Source of the DNA: Mytilus trossulus
Taxonomy: Eukaryota
Direction of reading: 5' to 3'
Length of the DNA stretch: 64,000 bases
Assembly: GCF_036588685.1 (NCBI RefSeq)
Contig: NC_086385.1
Span: 36,479,216 to 36,543,215, forward strand
Below are positions 38,808 through 52,504 of the stretch, in pieces (positions within the stretch are counted from its first letter, which is position 1; each line of letters starts with the position of its first letter). The position numbers and the translations under genes were made by a program. Under the pieces are notes generated by a model, which did not search any database, was not told the DNA's origin, and was given only the letters and a program-made list of their open reading frames with translations.

Positions 38808-39938
38808 ATCTATAATAGCTTGATTGCTTTTATGATGTTAACAAATATTACAATTTCGACTTTTTGTCGTCAGTAAATTTACTTGTTCGACCTTAAAAAG
38901 AAAAATGAATATATAAATATGAATTTAAGAGCAATACTATTTGTTTTGTGTTGCTGGAGTGAAATTGAAGAGGCTGTTCTGTAATGAAAAAAGGTTATTA
39001 TATTAGCCTGCTACATGTATTTGACCAAAGATCCATTAGATTTGTTAATAACAGACAAATATTTAGGCCCTATAAAAAAAACTTTTAAAAAATATTTAGA
39101 AAATATTGTGATATAAAGGTAATACTAATTAAAAGCACCAGTTTTTAATGGAACGTTTTTAAAATTTTGAAATGATATCAATAATGTTAAAAGACCGAGC
39201 AAATTTCGGATTATTAATTCCATACAAACGCGGAGACGCACACTCTGAGGACGCACCAAGCCTGGCTCCTTTTTGAATTGATACAATTACCTGAGCTTTT
39301 TCTATACCTTAAATCAAATCTTATAAATATAGCTATGCTATTTTATAACGATAAACTACGGTTGACTGCATTTGAACCCATGTTTTGAATAGGGAATATC
39401 GAATAAACATTGAAAATTGAGAATATATACTCTTACAGATAAACGTCATGTGAAATCTTTAAGTATGCACACCTATGCCATTGCTGGTCAAAAACCGTTT
39501 TCAAAATCTATTTATATTTAAATGTTGGTTCAGTGGCAATGCATATTTCAATATAACATATGGAGGTGTTTAATAATGTCATCACGACATATATACTAGA
39601 TAACCTAATTTTATTTTTTCTTTAACAGATTCTTTCATTGAAAATATCTCTTTGGTTAAATGTATATTGTCTTAAAAACAGAAATATAAATGCGGCTGTT
39701 TCGTTAACGTTTTTAAGCAGGTACTTTAAGAAGTGGAAATACTTGCAAATAAAATAATAGTTCAGCTTCATATGACTTATTCGACGTGCTCTGTTTCCTA
39801 TTTATATGATATTTCATTAGATATTATTGTTATCCTGTTTTTGCTGGTTTTCATCTGGTATTAGAACTTTTTGGAATTTTGGATCCTCAATGCTCTTCAA
39901 CTTTGTATTTATTTGACTTTTTAACTATTTCGATCTGA

Positions 39939-39982
39939 GCGTCACTGATGAGTCTTATGTAGACGAAACGCGCGTCTGGCGT
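39939..39982 (+). ncRNA. Minimal type I hammerhead ribozyme within a retrozyme-like fragment (39868-40015)
   Basis: GCGTCACTGATGAGTCTTATGTAGACGAAACGCGCGTCTGGCGT, identical to the 12650 copy. Confidence 0.85.
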
Positions 39983-40659
39983 ATAAAATTATAATCCTGG
40001 TACTTTTGATAACTAATTAGAAACACACGAAATAAGGTAGAAAGGAAGGGTCAGCCGCAGCATAAATATATTATTGTAGCATGCATACCAATATCTAAGA
40101 TAAAACTATCAACGATGACCTTTAGAAATTATTATGATATGTCACCGGATTTATTAAATTATATCTTATTTTCAATATACACGCATATATCAACAACATA
40201 CGCATACAAATAAATATAGTAATATAACGCAAGTATATGACTTCCAATTTCATGATAATCATACTTGTACGTGTATACTGAATAATTGTTTTTAAATAAA
40301 CATCTATTCATTTGTGACCCATATTTGTTTTCCCTTAATCGATTTATGACTATTTAACAGCGATTTGCAACTATTGCCTTAATTTACTAATGTGGAACTG
40401 CTTGATCAAGCACTATATTTCATTTTGAGTGACGTATGTGTCGTATTAAGTTTGTGAGAAGTTCTGTTTTTGTAGCTTGGTAGGCATACACAATTTTACT
40501 TGATGTACATGTATCCGTGGTGAAGGACGTACTTTGACCTATAATGGTTTACCTTATGTTTACAAACTGTGAATTTGTTAGAGAGTTGTATTCTTGGCAC
40601 TCATAACTCAGACTCTTATATCTACATATGACATATTTTTAAATATAGTAACATTATTT

Positions 40660-41120
40660 TCCCCTTTCTTACCTGACTGTGAAGTCCCTGGACTTTCAGG
40701 CTCTGTTTCTTTAAAGATTAAATCCACACTACCTATGATTATTGATTTTACCTGTGACAAGTGTATAACCGAGTAAGGTAAAGTAGGACACATACATGTT
40801 AAAGCATGGTTTAAATATCTGTTGTTCTTTTTTTCTATATCAATAAATACAATTATTGCATTCATTAATTTAGGGGACTTTTGGGAATTTTCTGTGTATT
40901 TGCTTTATTTTGATATTTTCTGTGCGGACACAGTAAAAAGATAAATGTAATTGACTATATGTTGTGCTTTGTTCGAATTCAATTAATACAATCTCCTACA
41001 TTTGTTTTATTAGGGGACTTTTCATAAATTTTCTTTAGTCAGTTTATTTTAAATCATATATGTGGAAACAAAGGAAAAGAATATGAAAAAATATGATACT
41101 TTCTATACGTTGTCCTTTTC
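40660..41120 (-). promoter_or_regulatory. Conserved 5' non-coding exon/promoter block of the TRIM-like genes
   Basis: Homologous to 3990-4115 plus 4862-5200, and partly to 34385-34510 and 51835-52015. Minus-strand AG|GTAAG donor at 40672. Confidence 0.6.
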
Positions 41121-42261
41121 TTTCCAATAAAAACCAACAGTGTTTCTCGTCTTGTCGCTTGTTTGTTCATATCAGAATAATTCATACAGAAGTTTCTAAT
41201 GAAAAACAAAAGAAAAAGAAACTAGCAGTATCCTTTAACTTCACACATTCCGCTAGTTGAATGATGTCATCCCTCTTAAACAAGTGTGTGGATGTTATAC
41301 ATAGATATCCTATTTGACATTATTTCCTATCATGATTTGCTTGATACGGAATCTCGGTTAACAAGGAAGCTTTCAAACCAGAATATGAAGGGGTCAAGTT
41401 GAAATAATTCTTCCAGACGTTTAATGATGCCATCACTAGCTGGTTGACCGTCCGAACTAAACTAATCACTGTTTTTTAACAGTTACAAAGGTTCGTGTTA
41501 CTCAGTCATTTAGTTTTCTATAGTGTGTTTAGACAATGCTGTTTGTAATTTGATCATTTTGGTTTGTCACCAATTCAATATATTTTAGTATAACTTATGA
41601 AAGGCCTCACAAGCAGCTGAAGTCCTTTTATAACCATTGGCATTGTTGTCGAACTGAAGGGCATTGAATTGCAATCATTTCAAGTTCATACTTATACTTT
41701 AAGGTCAAATATCGTTACCTAGAAACGAAAGTAACACTTTAATGTCCATGGCTATCCCCTTAAAAAGCAGAATCCTAAACCTGCTGTTTTTCACTATAAC
41801 AGTATAACTAGTTTACAGTAATATCTTGATTATACTTTTGAAGTCAATATGTATATGATAAACGAGTGCGGATGTGTAATTATTTCATCAAAATGCTGCT
41901 TGATTTGCCTACTTGAATACAATTACCATTTCTTTGTGTGCCATATAATATGTTTATATCTTTCGAGTACTTTGTAAACAATCGTCAAAGGTTTGATAAG
42001 CAAGACATATTATTGTACGGGTGGATATTTTAAGAACTCGATAATTTTAAAAGAAGACATTTTTTGGTCCAAATTGTTTTACATTGACAATATAAACTCA
42101 TCAGAGATATACGGATTGAAATGTTTCTTTATCAAAAGACTCGCTCGATTAAAAAGGTGTAAAAAAATCAACAAAAGTACGAAGTTTAAATTATAAAAAC
42201 ATGAAGATGTGGTATAATTCCCATTAAAAACCTTTTCAAAAGAGACCAAGTGACTCAGAAA

Positions 42262-43019
42262 TGTGCTGTTTTCATTCCCTATATAATTTGATAACGATAT
42301 TATTTTTTGCCTAATTGTCATTGTTTACATTTATACTTTAATTTTAGAACAACTCTCACTTTTCTATCCAGGTAAATTTACCTTTACATTTATTTTTATA
42401 ATTACCTGTAGTTTCATTTTAAAGAGTACTTTCACTTTCACTTTAAAGAGTGTATTTCCTGTTTCCTGTGTATACTCATAGATGTTGTGTACCACAACAA
42501 GGTGACAAATGTTTTAAATCTTCATAGAAATTGGTCATCCTATGCTGGCAGACCAATATGTAAGTTAATTTTTGATATTTGATTTTTATTCTATACAGAT
42601 GCATATGTATTTTTGAGATATATTTAATATAAAAGAAGTAATTGTACAAAACATATCACATGCATATTTTGTTAATTTTCTAAAGTATGGCAACCCGTCA
42701 GAGACATTATATTTTATGCCAAGACTATATATTATGGTATTTTCCATGTAAAGGATTCTTTGTCTACGTTTTTAAAGCTTTTTGATATATAAATACATTG
42801 TTTTGTTTTCAAAATTCACCTTTATCTGTGTTTTCTTTAAATTGTTATTTTTTATCAACTAGTATAAGGTTTTCATTTTTCTATTGTAGCTTTTACCACA
42901 CGCACTCAACACATGTCTGTAACAACTGTATATCATATCAAATAATAAACATTATTCGTCAAAATGAATTCAGTGATTAGTACTTGCCACATAGAGTGTT
43001 TTGGTTAACTAACTGTATA
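42262..43019 (+). repeat. 5' LTR (758 bp)
   Basis: Direct repeat of 49201-49976. Starts TGTG, ends TATA, AATAAA at 42944. Confidence 0.93.
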
Positions 43020-43040
43020 GTAAAAGATATTGGTGTTCAG

Positions 43041-46000
43041 ATGTCAGATAGCCGAGTAAGGAAATTTACAGTAAAAGGCAAAGCAATGTTTGACGAACAA
43101 AGTGAAAAACTAAAGGACAAAGTTGACAATGTATGGTCTAAGTTAGAGGATTTATTTGTTACTCTGCTATCCTGTCAGATGTTAAAGGATTATAGAAATT
43201 TAGAGAAAAATGTTAATGCAAATTTCAAAGAATTTTGTCGTCGTTCAGAAGAGTATAAACAATATTTACAAAGGACAAATACTGAAGAATCCAGAAAAGT
43301 GTTGCACGATCACAATGAATTATTTGATAGTTGTATTAGCGTCGTCAGAAGAGTTAGTAACGATATTAAGAAAAAGAAACTTGAATTAGTTGAAGAATTA
43401 TCGGAAGTGAGTGGATCAACTGTTGGGTCATCAGCGAGTCACAAAAGAGCAAAAGCAGAGGCAGAAAAGGTTCGTTTAGAATATATTAAAAGAGAAAGTG
43501 AACTGTTAAAACAAAAAGCAGATATAGAAGCAAGTATGAGCGTTGTAAAACAAGAAGGAATAGTTGAAGCAGCAGAGGTAGAGGCCAGAATTTTGGAAGA
43601 TCAAGATCAAGAATTGCCGATGGTGTTAGAGGACAAACATGACAAGGTTAGCAAGTACGTAGACACATTACCAAGTTATAGTGCAAATCAATGGACAAAT
43701 GGTGTTGGCTTTTCTGACAATCAGCCATATGTTTCAGTGACGGCTCCGTTTGCTCCTCAATACAATAATCTTCCTCCTGTATCATCTGAATTATTATCCA
43801 TGATGCAACCGATTTCGGCTACAATGTTAAGTCAACCGATTTCCGCTACAGCGTTAAATCAACCGATTTCCGCTACAGTGTCAAGTCAACCGATTTCCGC
43901 TACAGTGTTAAGTCAACCGATTTATGCTACAGTGCCAAGTCAACCGATTTATACTGCAGTATCTAGTCAACCATCACATTTTCAATCAAATGCTACCAAC
44001 TATCAACAACCTCAACCTATGTCTTACTTACCACCACATAATCCGTACGTAAGTGTCATGTCTGATGTTACAAAAGTCATGCTACGGAAAGATTTTCTGT
44101 TGACACGTTTTATGAACTTTGATGACACACCCGAATCTTTTGCTTCCTGGCGAGCATCTTTTCAGAGTATAACTGGTGAACTCTGTGTTTCTCCATTCGA
44201 GGAAATGGATTTGTTAATAAAATGGCTAGGTCCGGAGTCCTCGACATTTGCCAAGAGTCTAAGAGCTTCAAATGCACACGATCCATCCAGAGGTTTAAAC
44301 CGCATTTGGGATCGATTACAGGAACGATATGGTCGACCGGAAATGGTAGAAAATGCTTTGAAGAAAAAATTGAATTATTTTCCGATTATCACAAACAATA
44401 ACAGTTCGAAACTCTACGATCTCCTTGACATACTTAGTGAAATAGAGTCCGCAATGGCGAACCCGATGTATTCAACACTGTTAAGCTACTTTAATTCTTC
44501 GTCAGGTGTTTCTCCGATTGTATCAAAGCTTTCTTATTCCCTGCAAGAGAAATGGACAACACAAGCGTCAAATTACAAGAAAAAACATTCAGTGCCGTAT
44601 CCGCCATTTTCCTTCTTTATTAATTTCATCAGAGATATGTGTCAAATTCACAATGATTCTGCTTTTAGTTATTCAAATTCTAGCACTTCTAGCAATACAA
44701 AGCGTTCTTCAAATCCAGTTCTTACTAGGAAAGTTGAGGTTTCAGCTCAGAGTAACACTCGTGTATATGATAGCAATAATCGTTGTCCGATACATAAAGC
44801 TGGACATACTTTAAGTGAGTGTCGCGGTTTCCAAAAGCGATCATTTCAGGATCGTCAGCGTTTTCTCCGTGAAAAGAAAATATGTTTCCGTTGTTGTCAA
44901 TCAAATGACCATATATCAAGGAACTGCAATGTCAATGTTAAATGTTCAATTTGCGGAAACAATCGCCATGTTTCATCTATGCACATAGATCGTCCACCCA
45001 CAACCGACAAAATCAGTACACCAAAAACTGATGAAGACAATGGCGGGGAGTTATCTACAGAAACAGTATCAGCAATATGTACAAGATTGTGTGGAAATAT
45101 GCGTGTCGGCCGTTCGTGTGGGAAAACAGTTTTAGTGGATGTTTTCTCTGGAACTCCTCCTGAACAGTCTGTTCGTGTCTACGCAATTATAGATGATCAG
45201 AGTAATCATAGTCTTGCGACGCCGGATCTTTTCGATCGACTTGGACTCCATGGTTCTCAAAAACAGTTCGTATTGTCGTCATGTTCTGGTAGCTCTACTA
45301 TGGTAGGCAGATATGCTAGTGGTATTCGTATATGCTCTATTGATGGACAATCAACGTTTGATATGCCAAGAGTTATAGAATGTGACTCCATTCCTAGTGA
45401 TTTACATGAAATACCGACTCCAGATGTTGCAAATGCACACCCGCATCTACATAGTATTGCTCCATACTTACCTGCATTAGATCCAAGTTGTAAAGTTGAA
45501 CTTTTGATAGGACGCGACTTACCTGAAGTGCACCATGTAACGGAACAAATTATTGGTGGCAAAGGTGAACCTTTTGCACAAAAACTTCCTTTAGGATGGG
45601 TTGTAATTGGAGAGGTATGTCTTGGGAAGGTTCATGCTCCTTCTGTTATCAACGTTCGCAAAACTCATGTGTTAAATGATGGACGACACACAACTTTCCC
45701 TTTGTGTGATTTAAATATCAAGGTTAACGATGTCCAAGATCACAATTTTGTTCGTACACCGGCAGACAACAAATTAGGTCCCTCGGTTCAGGACAGACAG
45801 TTTCTAGAACTAATGCAACGTCACTTTCGTAAAGATGAGAATTGTCTTTGGTCAGCTCCTTTGCGATTTATACAACCGAAACCACAAATGCCTAACAATC
45901 GTTATCAAGCATGGAAAAGAGCTCAGATTTTAGACTCAAGCTTGCGGAAGGACTCTAAAAAGCTTGAACATTTTGTTACCTTTATGTCAAAAGTGATAAG

Positions 46001-49000
46001 TAGTGGTGCAGCTGAAGTGGCACCTGACGAGATTCCAGGAGAATGCTGGTATCTTCCTCTTTTTGGGGTGTACCACCCTAAAAAACCAAATCAAATACGT
46101 GGAGTTTTCGACTCATCAGCACTGTATGAAGGAGTATCTCTTAATAGTATTCTAATGTCCGGACCGGACCTGACTAATAACCTTGTTGGAGTGCTCATGC
46201 GTTTTAGAAAGAATAGAATTGCAATAACAGGTGACGTTGAACAAATGTTTTACCAATTTCATGTTGATGAATATCATCGAGATTATTTGCGTTTCTTTTG
46301 ATATGAGAACAATGACATCATAAAACCGTTGTTTGAATACCGCATGAAAGTACATGTGTTTGGCAACACCCCTTCACCTGCTGTAGCGACATATGGTTTA
46401 CGTGAAGCTGTTTCAGAAGCTGAAAATGATGTGCGTTCTTTTGTTACGAATGATTTTTATGTAGATGATGGTCTGATCTCTTTTGCAGACAAGGATGATG
46501 CAATTGACCTTATGCAAAGAACACAAAAAGCTCTCAAGGATAATGGGAACATACGATTACACAAAATCATTTCAAACGATATCGATGTGATGAAAGCTTT
46601 TCCTTTAGAGGATTTAGGAAAAGAGTTAAAAGATTTAGATTTGTGCTCAGATACTTTGCCTGTTCAGCATAGTTTAGGTTTGTCGTGGAATTTACAGACA
46701 GACATGTTTATCTTTCGTGTTAATGATGATGAAAAACCAATCACCCGTAGAGGCATACTTTCAACTATTAACAGTTTGTTTGATCCGTTGGGTTTTATTA
46801 CGCCGCTAGTCATCAGTGGAAAAATTCTACTTCGAGAAGTTGTTCCACCAGGAACTGATTGGGATGATCCGCTGTCGATTGATCATGAAACAAAATGGAA
46901 AAACTGGTTGAAGTCTTTGAAATCTTTTAGTTGTTTTGAAATACCGCGTATGATTGTTCCGGTATCTATTTCTTTGACACGTCAAGTTGATATCCACATT
47001 TTCTCTGATGCTTCAGAACAAGCAATCTCTGCTGTAGCTTACCTGGAGGCAATCGATGAAACTGGTTCGTCATTTATAGGTTTTCTTACTGGAAAGTCGA
47101 AACTTGCACCTATCAAAGGTCATACTATTCCTAGATTGGAACTGTGCGGTGCCGTGTTGGCTACGGAAGTCGGAGAAGCGATATGTCATCATATAAATCT
47201 TTCTCAGAGTGTTTGTCATTACTACACAGACAGTCGAGTAGTGTTAGGATATATATGTAATACCACCCGTCGATTCTTCACATATGTCAGTAATCGTGTA
47301 GAAAAGATTCATACAGTGTCGGAACCTTCACAGTGGTCATATGTATCAACGGATAGAAACCCAGCTGACTTAGGGACTAGATTTATTAGCTGTTCAGACA
47401 TGCAAATTATTAGTTCTTGGATTAACGGACCGAAATGGTTAATAAACAAGGAACCTTTTGATATTGTATCTTTTCCGTTGTTATCACTACATTGCGATTA
47501 GGAAATTCGCCTGAAATTGTTTCACGTAAAACACAAATCGACAGTCTACAGATTGACTCTCAACGATACAGCAAGTTTTCTAGTTGGCGATCTCTCGTCA
47601 GATCATTATCACTCTTGAGACACATAGCTAAGACTTTAAGTACTACAACAACATCTCGTTGCAAAGGTTGGCATATTTGCGTTGAAAAGGACACTCCAGA
47701 TTTTATCAAGGGAACCGAGACATTGGTTATTAGACAAGTACAAAAGGAATTCTTTGACACGAAATAGATTCTTTAAATACTGACCAGCATGTTTCCAAAA
47801 ATAGTGCGATTTTAAAACTTGACCCAATACTGGATGAACATGGTATTTTACGAGTAGGAGGTAGATTGAATCGCTCTACATTGACACTTGGTGAAAAGAA
47901 TCCTATTCTAATTCCTGGTAAACACCATATTGCAAGATTACTAGTGTTACATTATCACGAACAAGTCCGTCACCAGGGACGCCATATAACCGAAGGCGCA
48001 ATCAGGAGTGCTGGTTACTGGATTACCGGTCTCAAGCGTTTGATATACTCAATTATTTCAAGTTGCGTTTTATGCCGAAGGTTTAGAGGTACTTTTTCGA
48101 CTCAAAAAATGGCTGATCTTCCAGAAGAAAGACTTTTAGCATGCCCACCATTTACATATGTTGGCGTTGATTGTTTTGGACCCTGGAACATTGTCACAAG
48201 ACGTACTCACGGTGGAATCGCAAATTCAAAAAGATGGGCTGTCTTATTTGTTTGTTTGTTTTTCATGTCGAGGTGTTCATATTGAAATAATTGAAGAGAT
48301 GACTACCGCATCATTTATTAATTCACTTCGCCGCTTCATATCAATCAGAGGATATGTTAAAGAATTCTTTTCTGATAGAGGAACCAACTTTATTGGCGAA
48401 GCCCGAGAGCTTGGCATAGAAGCTTCCTTTGTTGAGGACTCAGTGTTTCAATCCTTCATGAAAGAACAAAAAACTGTGTGGAAATTCAATACACCGTATT
48501 CATCCCACATGGGAGGTGCATGGGAACGTCTCATTGGCATAGCAAGGCGTATATTGGACTCAATATTGTTTGAAGCTAGATATCAACGACTCACACATGA
48601 AGTATTATGTACTTTCATGGCAGAAACAACAGCTATTATGAACTCTCGTCCGTTAGTGCCTATTTCATCCGATCCTAACGCACCATCTATCTTATCTCCA
48701 AGTACTTTGCTAACACAGAAAGTGAGTGACAATATTGAGGACTTCAGTCATTTGAACACGCGTGATGTTTACACAAATCAGTGGAAATTTGTTCAAGTGT
48801 TAGCTGACAAATTTTGGACACGTTGGCGAAGAGAATATTTGCAGTCGTTACAAACTCGTCGCAAATGGCAACACATCAAACAAAACATTCAAGAAGGTGA
48901 TGTAGTGCTTCTTAAAGACAATGAACTCCATCGAAATAACTGGCCAATAGGTCTTGTTGAACGTGTTTTTCCCGGTAGAGACAATTTGGTTCGTAAAGTT

Positions 49001-49081
49001 CAGTTGAGGGTTGTAAAAGACAAACAACACCGTGTGTATGTGCGACCAATTAGCCAAGTTGTGTTACTGTGTCATAGTTGA
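43041..49081 (+). pseudogene. BEL/Pao gag-pol polyprotein, interrupted
   Basis: Three gag Cys/His knuckles (CPIH..HTLSEC, CFRC..H..C, CSIC..H..H), protease IIDDQS, RT YVDD, RNase H FSDAS and IPRLELCGA, integrase GVDCFGP/SDRGTNF/GGAWERLI. Stops or frameshifts at about 46299, 47490, 47765 and 48255. Confidence 0.92.
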
Positions 49082-49200
49082 GACTAAGAACTTTTGAAAC
49101 AAGTATTTAACTGTATTGTAGAATTTTTTGAACACTTGTAAGTTTTTATTATTGAGAACGTTTTTGATCTATGGTGATATTTTTCATATCAGACGAGGAG

Positions 49201-49976
49201 TGTGCTGTTTTTATTCCCTATATAATTTGATAACGATATTATTTTTTGCCTAATTGTCATTGTTTACATTTATACTTTAATTTTAGAACAACTCTCACTT
49301 TTCTATCCAGGTAAACTTACCTTTACATTTATATTTTTATAATTACCTGTAGTTTCATTTTAAAGAGTACTGTCACTTTCACTTTAAAGAGTGTATTTCC
49401 TGTTTCCTGTGTATACTCATAGATGTTGTGTACCACAACAAGGTGACAAATGTTTTAAATCTTCATAGAACTTGGTCATCCTATGCTGGCAGACCAATAT
49501 GTAAGTTAATTTTTGATATTTGATTTTTATTCTATACAGATGCATATGTATTTTTGAGATATATTTAATATAAAAGAAGTAATTGTACAAAACATATCAC
49601 ATACATATTTTGTTAATTTTCTAAAGTATGGCAACCCGTCAGAGACATTATATTTTATGCCAAGACTATATATTATGGTATTTTCCATGTAAAGGATTCT
49701 TTGTCTACGTTTTTAAAGCTTTTTGATATATAAATACATTGTTTTGTTTTCAAAATTCACCTTTATCTGTGTTTTCTTTAAATTGTTATTTTTTATCAAC
49801 TAGTATAAGGTTTTAATTTTTCTATTGTAGCTTTTACCACACGCACTCAACACATGTCTGTAACAACTGTATATCATATCAAATAATAAACATTATTCGT
49901 CAAAATGAATTCAGTGATTAGTACTTGCCACATAGAGTGTTTTGGTTAACTAACTGTTTAGCTACCTAACGGTATA
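49201..49976 (+). repeat. 3' LTR (776 bp)
   Basis: Direct repeat of the 5' LTR with 2-bp and 16-bp extra sequence, followed by the TSD AGAAA. Confidence 0.93.
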
Positions 49977-50302
49977 AGAAATAAACAACCATGTCATTCA
50001 ACACTAACCAAAACCCATACTGCATGGTCATCTATAAAAGACCCGGAAATTATAAAATATTGAAATCAAAATTAAACTAGAAAAGCCAACAGCCCTATTG
50101 AGCATTGAATACATACTATAAATATTAAGTTATATGTCTGCACCATGAGGAAAACGTGCAAAGTTCAATCAGTTTGAAAAAATGCCAGATAAATGTAGGT
50201 ACAATTACTTTAAGTAAATATTCATATTCTTTATTAGATATAAAGCTTTAGACTTATGATATGATCGTTATGAAGAAACATGCTGTTTACTGATAAACTG
50301 TA

Positions 50303-51533
50303 TTAAACGTCATATAGAAATGCGACTTTATCACAGTTAGCTACCAGAAGTAAGTATTTATATGTATCAAAATAAATTGCACGATCGATGGTTTAGGAGT
50401 CCATCACTAGCTTCAATCAGCTCTTTCACCAGCTTTCCGTCTGGAGATTTCACAACAATATTGTTTGAGTCAAAACAGCAACATAAGTATTAGAATCAGT
50501 ATCTAATGTGATGCCGTACGGTTTTCTGAGCAACAAATCGCAATATGTCAATTGTACTTGTCCATTGAAATCGTAGCATACGACAGACTGATCGAGGTGG
50601 TTGGCATGGACAATATTTTTTTCTGTTGAGGTAATAAATGTGCCATTTGTACATGGTCCATGTAACTGGCAAATTTCACATTCCCAAAGGTCTTTATCTC
50701 TTTTATGAACCGCGTCAGTTTTTCATTGAACATACATGCCATAGTTACATTGTTTAAGCTTCCGTTGTCATATAACTTTTGGACGATAATTTCCTTTGTT
50801 TGAATAATGTTCTTTGTATGCCTTTGTTTTGTTCCCATGGCGATTTGAATATTCGATGCAAACGTTTGTAAAGATTTCAAATCAATTTGAATTTCGTTTA
50901 CTTTCTGTTTTCCATCTTCTAATTTCGCAATTACAGCTTCTATTTCCTGACAGTATTGTTTCTCAGTTACAGATGCCTTTTTCTAGTAATTTTCCTCCTA
51001 AGAGATCTAAAATACAAGTAATTTCATGTCGCTTATTTTTTATGTGTTTTCTAATCATCACCTTCTGTTCACCTTGTTCACGTAATTCACTCAAATTCCG
51101 ATTTCTATCCTTGAGAGCGATAAATTTTACCTTCTAAATATTTCAAAACATTTGCAAAGTTATTTAACGCTGTTGACTGATGTCCTGAAGATGACGTAAT
51201 GAAAGCAACAATGTAAGTAGCTTCCTTGCATTCCCTATGACATGATATCAAACCAAGTTTGCAACAAAAAGAGTCATGGAATTTGCAATGAAATTCAGGG
51301 ATACAGTCGTGCTCGTCACAGTTAAAGCTTATTTGCTTGATAAAAGACGGTAATTTGTTATATTTGTCTACAGAGATGGTCTGATGTGATTTTGACAATT
51401 TTGATATCTTATGATGATCTCGGCAGTCTCCTTAAAGAGCATTTTCACATTGCGTGCAGTATTTTTCTGCTGGCTTATCGAGGTCTCTATTTTGGCAAAT
51501 GTCGCAAAACAGTGCACTTTCTATGGCGGCCAT
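50303..51533 (-). pseudogene. TRIM-like gene 5 pseudogene
   Basis: ATG GCC GCC at 51533. B-box fragment (ORF 51105..51398), coiled-coil fragment (50548..50880) and C-terminal blade remnants ending FLYDV* at 50303. Several frameshifts and a deletion of about 0.5 kb in the propeller. Confidence 0.85.
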
Positions 51534-52465
51534 ATTATACATATTTTTTTCGTAAATGAGGTAAATATAAAATGGCTTACTACATCAACGTTTCTTTATT
51601 TGCAATCAACATTTCACCCTAGAAAAAAAATTATGAAGATAAAATCAATAATTAAAAAAGCATACACAATTAAGTTCAATATGCGTACATATATAATACA
51701 GAAGGATTAGATATTATTGTTCTTTCCGTATGGAAATTTTCCTTCATCTAACAAAAATTATTTTGAATTCGTTTCAAAAAACACCCTCACCTTATGTAGT
51801 ATATTGTTTTTATAAACTACGAGGTACCTTTCTTTGTTACTGTTCTTACCTTATTGTAACATTGTTAGACTTTTCCTTCATGTGTTCAAAGTAAACCGTT
51901 AACTTATATTGTTATCAAAGTACCAGGATTACACAAGACTCATCGGTGACGCTCAAAATATTTATAAAGCCAAACAAGTACATATCCTTTTTAATTATAA
52001 TGATTTTACCTGTGGTTTCCTTTGTAAATGTGTAATATATTAATACAAACTAAGATATATAGATATTAATTTTTTTTTATTTGAAACATCCATCATACCT
52101 CAGTTTTCGATTTTATTCAAAACGATTCACTTCAACTATTCACTGAAGAGAAACATTTTCCCTCCGTTCTTTTTTTTTACGTTCCTTGAGACCTTAAGAA
52201 ATGAATATCAAAACGCAGAAAGTTTTTTTAATTTCCTATAAACTTGAAATTATTTCTGTAATTATTTCCAGGTGTACATTATTTACTTTTCTGGGGTTTA
52301 ATCACCTATAAATTATTGCGTTCATGTTTTTGAATTCCCTGCAAATACGACAATGCCTACGAGAAACCTGTCACGTAATTCAAGTGACTACTGAAGAGGA
52401 AATTCAGTATACTTTAAAACGCAAACATTTAATTAAAAGATGTCCACTTTTCTATCTTATTTCTT

Positions 52466-52467
<2 letters not shown>

Positions 52468-52501
<34 letters not shown>
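52468..52501. repeat. (TC)n microsatellite
   Basis: Direct observation. Confidence 0.95.

Positions 52502-52504
<3 letters not shown>

Larger units (their letters stand above)
42262..49976 (+). mobile_element. Full-length BEL/Pao LTR retrotransposon
   Basis: LTRs at 42262-43019 and 49201-49976 (~99% identical); 5-bp TSD AGAAA (42257-42261 and 49977-49981); purine tract AGACGAGGAG before the 3' LTR; gag-PR-RT-RH-IN order. Confidence 0.95.
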
